Origin: Acidobacteriota bacterium | GTDB taxonomy: Bacteria > Acidobacteriota > UBA6911 > RPQK01 > JAJDTT01 | Reading direction: 5' to 3' | Assembly (NCBI GenBank): GCA_965263035.1 | Contig: OZ253580.1 | Location: 5,504,001-5,568,000 of the forward strand | Length of the DNA: 64,000 nt | Shown: positions 60,801-64,000 of the stretch, piece by piece | Position numbering within the stretch: position 1 is the stretch's first letter | Layout of the letters: each line of letters begins with the position of its first letter | Notes under the pieces: model-generated | Database searches by the model: none | Seen by the model: the letters and a program-made list of their open reading frames with translations, nothing else | Told to the model about the DNA's origin: nothing | Program-made: the position numbers and the translations under genes

Positions 60801-63800
60801 CCTCACTCTCGGTCACCTGAACCCGGGTCACCGTGCGCGTCTCGTTGCCCCCGGCCAGGGTGAAGTCGCTGGTCGCCGGCCGCGAAGAGGTGTTGAGCGG
60901 TTCGTTGTAGGTCAGCGTCAGCGTCGTTCCGTTCACCACCGCCGGGTCGGTCACGGCCAGGGCCGGGGCCACCGCGTCCACCTTGTGGCTTGAGCTGGCC
61001 GCCACGGCCGTATGGTCCAAGGTGGCGTCATTGCCCGCCCCGTCCCGGATCGTCCCTCTGGCTCGCGACAGGCGGTTCTCCTCGATACTCACACCGTCCT
61101 CGTCGACGTCGTCCGTCACCACCCGATAGGTGAACTTCACCGCCCGGTTCGTGACGCTCTGGTACTCCGCCGTCCGGTTCCGGCCGCCCACATTCAGCGT
61201 CACTTCGGGCGTCCCCGTCACCACCACCGTCTCGTCGAACGTCACCGTCACCTCGATGGTCTCGTCCACGCCGTAGGTCCGATCCGACCCCGCACTGGAC
61301 GTGATCCGAACCGTCTCCACCACCGGCTCCGTCGTGTCTCCCGTCTTGTTCGTGACCGGTTGGTTGTTCAACTCATCCGCGGCGTTGCCCACCAAGTCCC
61401 GGATTGGATTCGACCCCGGCTGGTAGCTCAACCGGAGGCCGCTCTCTGTGGCCGTGACGGCCGAACTCAGCGTCAGGAAAACGGCACTCCCGTCGACCCG
61501 AACTGCCCTGACCGTCCGCGTCTTGCTCCCTCCCGTCACGGTGAAGTCGTCCGTCGACGGTCTCGAAGAGGAATCCAGCGGCTCGCCGTAGGCCAGCGTC
61601 AGCGTCGTCCCGTTCACGACTGTCCCGTCGGACGTCGCCAGCACCGGCTTGACCCCATCCACCTTGTGGCTCGAATCGGCCGCCACCGGCGCGTGGTTCA
61701 GCACGGCGTTATTCTGGGCGCCGTCGCGGATCGTGCCGCTGGACAGGCGGTTCGCCTCGATCCTCACCCCGTACGGGGCCGCGTCGCCCGAGACCACTTT
61801 GTATTCGAACCTCACGGCCGCCCCCGTGACGTCCTGGTAGTTGGCCGTTCGGCTCCGGCCGCCCACGTTCAGCGTCAACCGCGGGGTCCCCGTCACCACC
61901 ACCGTCTCGTCAAACGTCACCGTGACCTCGATGAGATCATCCACCGCGTAGGTCTGATCCGACCCCGCATTGGAGGTGATCCGAACCGTCTTCACCACCG
62001 GCTCCGTCGTGTCTCCCGTCTTGTTCGTGACCGGTTGGTTGTTCAACTCATCCGCGGCGTTGCCCACCAAGTCCCGGATTGGATTCGACCCCGGCTGGTA
62101 GCTCAACCGGAGGCCGCTCTCTGTGTCTTGCACCGCCGGGCTCAAGGTCAGGAAAACGGCGTTTCCGCTCACCTGGACTCGGGTCACCGTCCGTGTCTCA
62201 CTGCCCCCGGTCACCGAGAAGGCGCTCGCCGCCGGTCTCGAGGAGGAGTTCAGTGGCTCGCTGTAGGCCAGCGTCAGCGTCGTTCCGGTCGCCACCGCCC
62301 CGTCGGGCAGCGCCAGCGCCGGCGGAATCCCGTCCACCTTGTGGCTCGAATCGGCCGCCACCGCCGCGTGGTCCAAGGTCGCGTTATTCCGGGCCCCGTC
62401 CCGGATCGCCCCACCGCCTCGCGACAGGCTGTCGGCCTCGAGGCTCACGCCGTCCCGGTCGCGGTCGCCCCGGGCGACCCTATACTCGAACTTGACGGCG
62501 GAGCCCGCAACGCTTACGTATTCCGCCGTTCGATTCCGGCCACCCACGTTCAGCGTCAACTGCGGGGTCCCCGTCACCACCACCGTCTCGTCGAACATCA
62601 CCGTCGCTTCGATGGGAGCTTCCACCGCGTAGGTTCCATCCGAACCCGCATTCGAGGTGATCCTCACCATCTCGACCGCCGGCCCCGTCGTGTCGCCTGT
62701 GTTGTTGGTGACGCTCTTGTTGCTCAACCGATCCGCGTCGTTGCCCGCCGTGTCCTGAATCGGACTCTCTCCCATCTCGGTCGGTACCGTGTAGTTCACC
62801 CGAAGGCCCGTTTCCCCGTGCTCCACCGGTGGATCCAGGGTCAACTCCACCGCGCTCCCACTCACCCGCACCCCGGTGACCGTGCGCGTCTGGTTGCCCC
62901 CCGTCACCGTGAAGGCGCCCGTCGGCGGCACTGAGAACCGGTCCAGCTCCTCGCTGTAGGCCAGCGTCAGCGTCGCCCCGTTCACCACCGCAGAAGAAAA
63001 CGCCGGCGCCGTATCGTCCACATCCTGAAGCCGGACGATGAAGTCCGCCTCCACGGGATTGAACCCGTCGGTGACCTGCACCCTGATTTCGTAGTCCCCG
63101 TCCCGATTGGCGTCGTCCGGACTCTCGTAGTCCTTCGCCGTCTTGAACGCGAGTTCGCCGTCGGACGTCAGCGTGAACTTGCTCCGGTCCGCGCCTCCCG
63201 CCAGCTCCCACTCCAGATCTTCTACCCGGCCATCCGCGTCCGTGGCCGCCAGCGTCTCCACCTCCGTCTCGTTCTCCGCCACCAGAAGCGGAGGGGTCGT
63301 CGTAATTTCCGGTGCGAAGTCGTCATCGGTAATGGTGACCGTCTGCTGCGTGCCCACGGCCTCACGATTGTGAGTCGCCGTGATCAGGATCTCTTCATCG
63401 TTTTCGACGAGTTCGTCCTCCACCGCGGTGAGGGTGGTCGTCACCGAACTTCCACCCAGCGTGAGGGTGAGCCGCTCCGTTCCCACCGTGTAGTCCGTAT
63501 CCTTCGCCGCAGTCCCTGCCCAGGACAGTCGGATCTCCTGATCCGCTGCGAAGGTGACACCGTTGGTGATTCTCACCGTCACCGTCGAGGTCCCCGCCGC
63601 CTCCACCATCGTCGACGGACCGACCTCCAGGGTCATCACCGGCTCATCGTCATCGTCGGTGACTGTCAGCGTCTTCTCGGACGGACCCGTCACCCCATGG
63701 TCGTTGCTGGCCCTCCCCGATACCCGAACCGTCCGGTCCGGCGCGTCCACATCGTTATCGTTGGCGCTGATCGTCACCGTCCCGATGCTGTCCGTCTCTC

Positions 63801-64000
63801 CCGCCAGAATGATCAGGTCCCGGTTCGTGCTCAGCCTGAAATCCTCCTCTGCCGCCGGACTCACCGGCGTCGCCGAGACCGTCACCGTCGTCCTCTCACC
63901 CGAGGCCCGGCTCAGACTTGCCGTCACCGTGCTCGACTCCCCGTTCTCACCGATCGAGTCTGGCGACAACTCCAGCGTCACCGCGGGCGTTCCATCGTCA
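57829..64000 (-). CDS. Giant repetitive surface/adhesin-like protein, 3' part (Calx-beta-like, cadherin-like, SwmB-like repeats, poly-Pro, FN3, two C-terminal domains)
   Basis: Frame open to the window edge; DYESP.D...YEI.V cadherin-like motif; about 225-aa repeats with GxTLTLxYxExL; LTW..P..DG...Y...LTNG..Y.FEVRAVN FN3. Confidence 0.85.
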   Translation of the reverse strand, partial: DDGTPAVTLELSPDSIGENGESSTVTASLSRASGERTTVTVSATPVSPAAEEDFRLSTNRDLIILAGETDSIGTVTISANDNDVDAPDRTVRVSGRASNDHGVTGPSEKTLTVTDDDDEPVMTLEVGPSTMVEAAGTSTVTVRITNGVTFAADQEIRLSWAGTAAKDTDYTVGTERLTLTLGGSSVTTTLTAVEDELVENDEEILITATHNREAVGTQQTVTITDDDFAPEITTTPPLLVAENETEVETLAATDADGRVEDLEWELAGGADRSKFTLTSDGELAFKTAKDYESPDDANRDGDYEIRVQVTDGFNPVEADFIVRLQDVDDTAPAFSSAVVNGATLTLAYSEELDRFSVPPTGAFTVTGGNQTRTVTGVRVSGSAVELTLDPPVEHGETGLRVNYTVPTEMGESPIQDTAGNDADRLSNKSVTNNTGDTTGPAVEMVRITSNAGSDGTYAVEAPIEATVMFDETVVVTGTPQLTLNVGGRNRTAEYVSVAGSAVKFEYRVARGDRDRDGVSLEADSLSRGGGAIRDGARNNATLDHAAVAADSSHKVDGIPPALALPDGAVATGTTLTLAYSEPLNSSSRPAASAFSVTGGSETRTVTRVQVSGNAVFLTLSPAVQDTESGLRLSYQPGSNPIRDLVGNAADELNNQPVTNKTGDTTEPVVKTVRITSNAGSDQTYAVDDLIEVTVTFDETVVVTGTPRLTLNVGGRSRTANYQDVTGAAVRFEYKVVSGDAAPYGVRIEANRLSSGTIRDGAQNNAVLNHAPVAADSSHKVDGVKPVLATSDGTVVNGTTLTLAYGEPLDSSSRPSTDDFTVTGGSKTRTVRAVRVDGSAVFLTLSSAVTATESGLRLSYQPGSNPIRDLVGNAADELNNQPVTNKTGDTTEPVVETVRITSSAGSDRTYGVDETIEVTVTFDETVVVTGTPEVTLNVGGRNRTAEYQSVTNRAVKFTYRVVTDDVDEDGVSIEENRLSRARGTIRDGAGNDATLDHTAVAASSSHKVDAVAPALAVTDPAVVNGTTLTLTYNEPLNTSSRPATSDFTLAGGNETRTVTRVQVTESEVRLTVSPAAEYGETDIRVSYESRSNPIQDAIGNDAEAFRDEFVDNRTPDTTAPSIEGIEISSDPGTDETYAVDDMISVTVRYDETVTVDTVQGTPTLDLLVGNQRKRASASVGSARAAVVFVYTVEKGDEDEDGVSVPRGSIALNGGKILDLADNPAARSYEAVEAQANQKVDASVPGLQTVTVHGLRVALTYDEALDEDSRPARDDFAVTVEGNDRTVIQVQVRGNSVTLTLTSPVAAGETVRVSYTPRFDPIQDEVGNAVEALTDQRADPPLVTIEAKQGSETVTEGATVEFTLTRGPPTEAALTVSLEVTETGSMIKTSDGYEPPDEVEFRTGQDTATLEVLTDDDDVAESTSRVTARLRPGAEYRLGSASTQSARVTVLDNEVSAPPPPPPPPPPPPPPPPPPPPPPPPPPPPPAATVPTAPLNLQAEAGDGEVTLTWEVPESDGRSALTGYQVRIDRPGDWTSIGSTDLTYTVIGLTNGRTYVFEVRAVNEVGQSPPSSPVEATPMAEEVILEFAHFGNGYSGNDVLITSDLVLVNVAESEIRPAVYFFDREGDLFEAESVVDVGDDLEIREDGGLSPRTEIASLGELTISTHGRGEVVTGSVRVVSDGPIGGVVRFDIPGIGVAGVGASEPTGDALFPARRQAGGIRTAAAIHNLGMEAVDVQCRLMKNGAVLEERAIELDANGQDAQFIEELFTATDTTDFVGSVRCTVPRGESFTGVAVELDADNRIFTTLPVVPVDPGGGEEEETTLTFAHFANGTSGDGTLITSDLVLVNVAASTARPAIYFYDQRGELLEPESTVDVGEDLVVREDGGLTLRTAMARLGELTISTHGRGEVVTGSVRVVANGPIGGVLRFDIPGVGVAGVGASQATADALFPARRQAGGIRTAAAIRNLAAQRATVRCRLMSGGEALEEVDIHLNGQGQHARFIEEVFTRTDTRDFVGSVRCTAAGEGTFTGVAVELDTGNRIFTTLPVVPIQTTISQE
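59548..59634 (-). repeat. Trinucleotide-based tract encoding 29 prolines
   Basis: Roughly three 21-nt units of GGC and GGA triplets followed by GGT triplets on the + strand. Confidence 0.95.

Noticed and set aside
292-62934. Long antisense ORFs such as 292..1695, 7798..9573, 14081..16012, 21775..23304, 58522..60993 and 61012..62934
   Set aside because: Shadow frames of well-supported genes in high-GC DNA, with no recognisable motifs

Overview
High-GC bacterial DNA. The gene content (PSD1/DUF1501, PVC-type heme-binding protein, many Tat-exported oxidoreductases and BNR/sialidase-like proteins, a giant repetitive surface protein) suggests an Acidobacteriota/PVC-like organism, which is an inference. 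Positions 1-32.8 kb are mostly metabolic and periplasmic genes plus one IS1634. They include an FG-GAP/ASPIC-UnbV plus thioredoxin (TlpA) gene split only by an in-frame TGA followed by a SECIS-like hairpin, a candidate selenoprotein. Positions 32.8-44.3 kb are a mobile-element pile-up: an IS1380 whose terminal repeat is split by a group II intron, whose 3' end is in turn hit by a second IS1380. An ISNCY-type element, a mobC relic and a tyrosine recombinase preceded by a dif-like site follow. Positions 44.3-54.9 kb are a cassette-like array punctuated by about 12 (plus 2 degenerate) co-oriented GAGAAGGGGACAGTCACCTC hairpin repeats. These sit at gene-truncation breakpoints and separate unrelated cargo: a TA pair, defence-like ORFs, and repeated copies of the 3' end of the heme-protein gene. 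Positions 54.9-64 kb hold a TonB-dependent receptor and the 3' part of a >2050-aa surface protein. No rRNA, tRNA or CRISPR array was seen. All family assignments come from motif recognition by eye; no searches were run.
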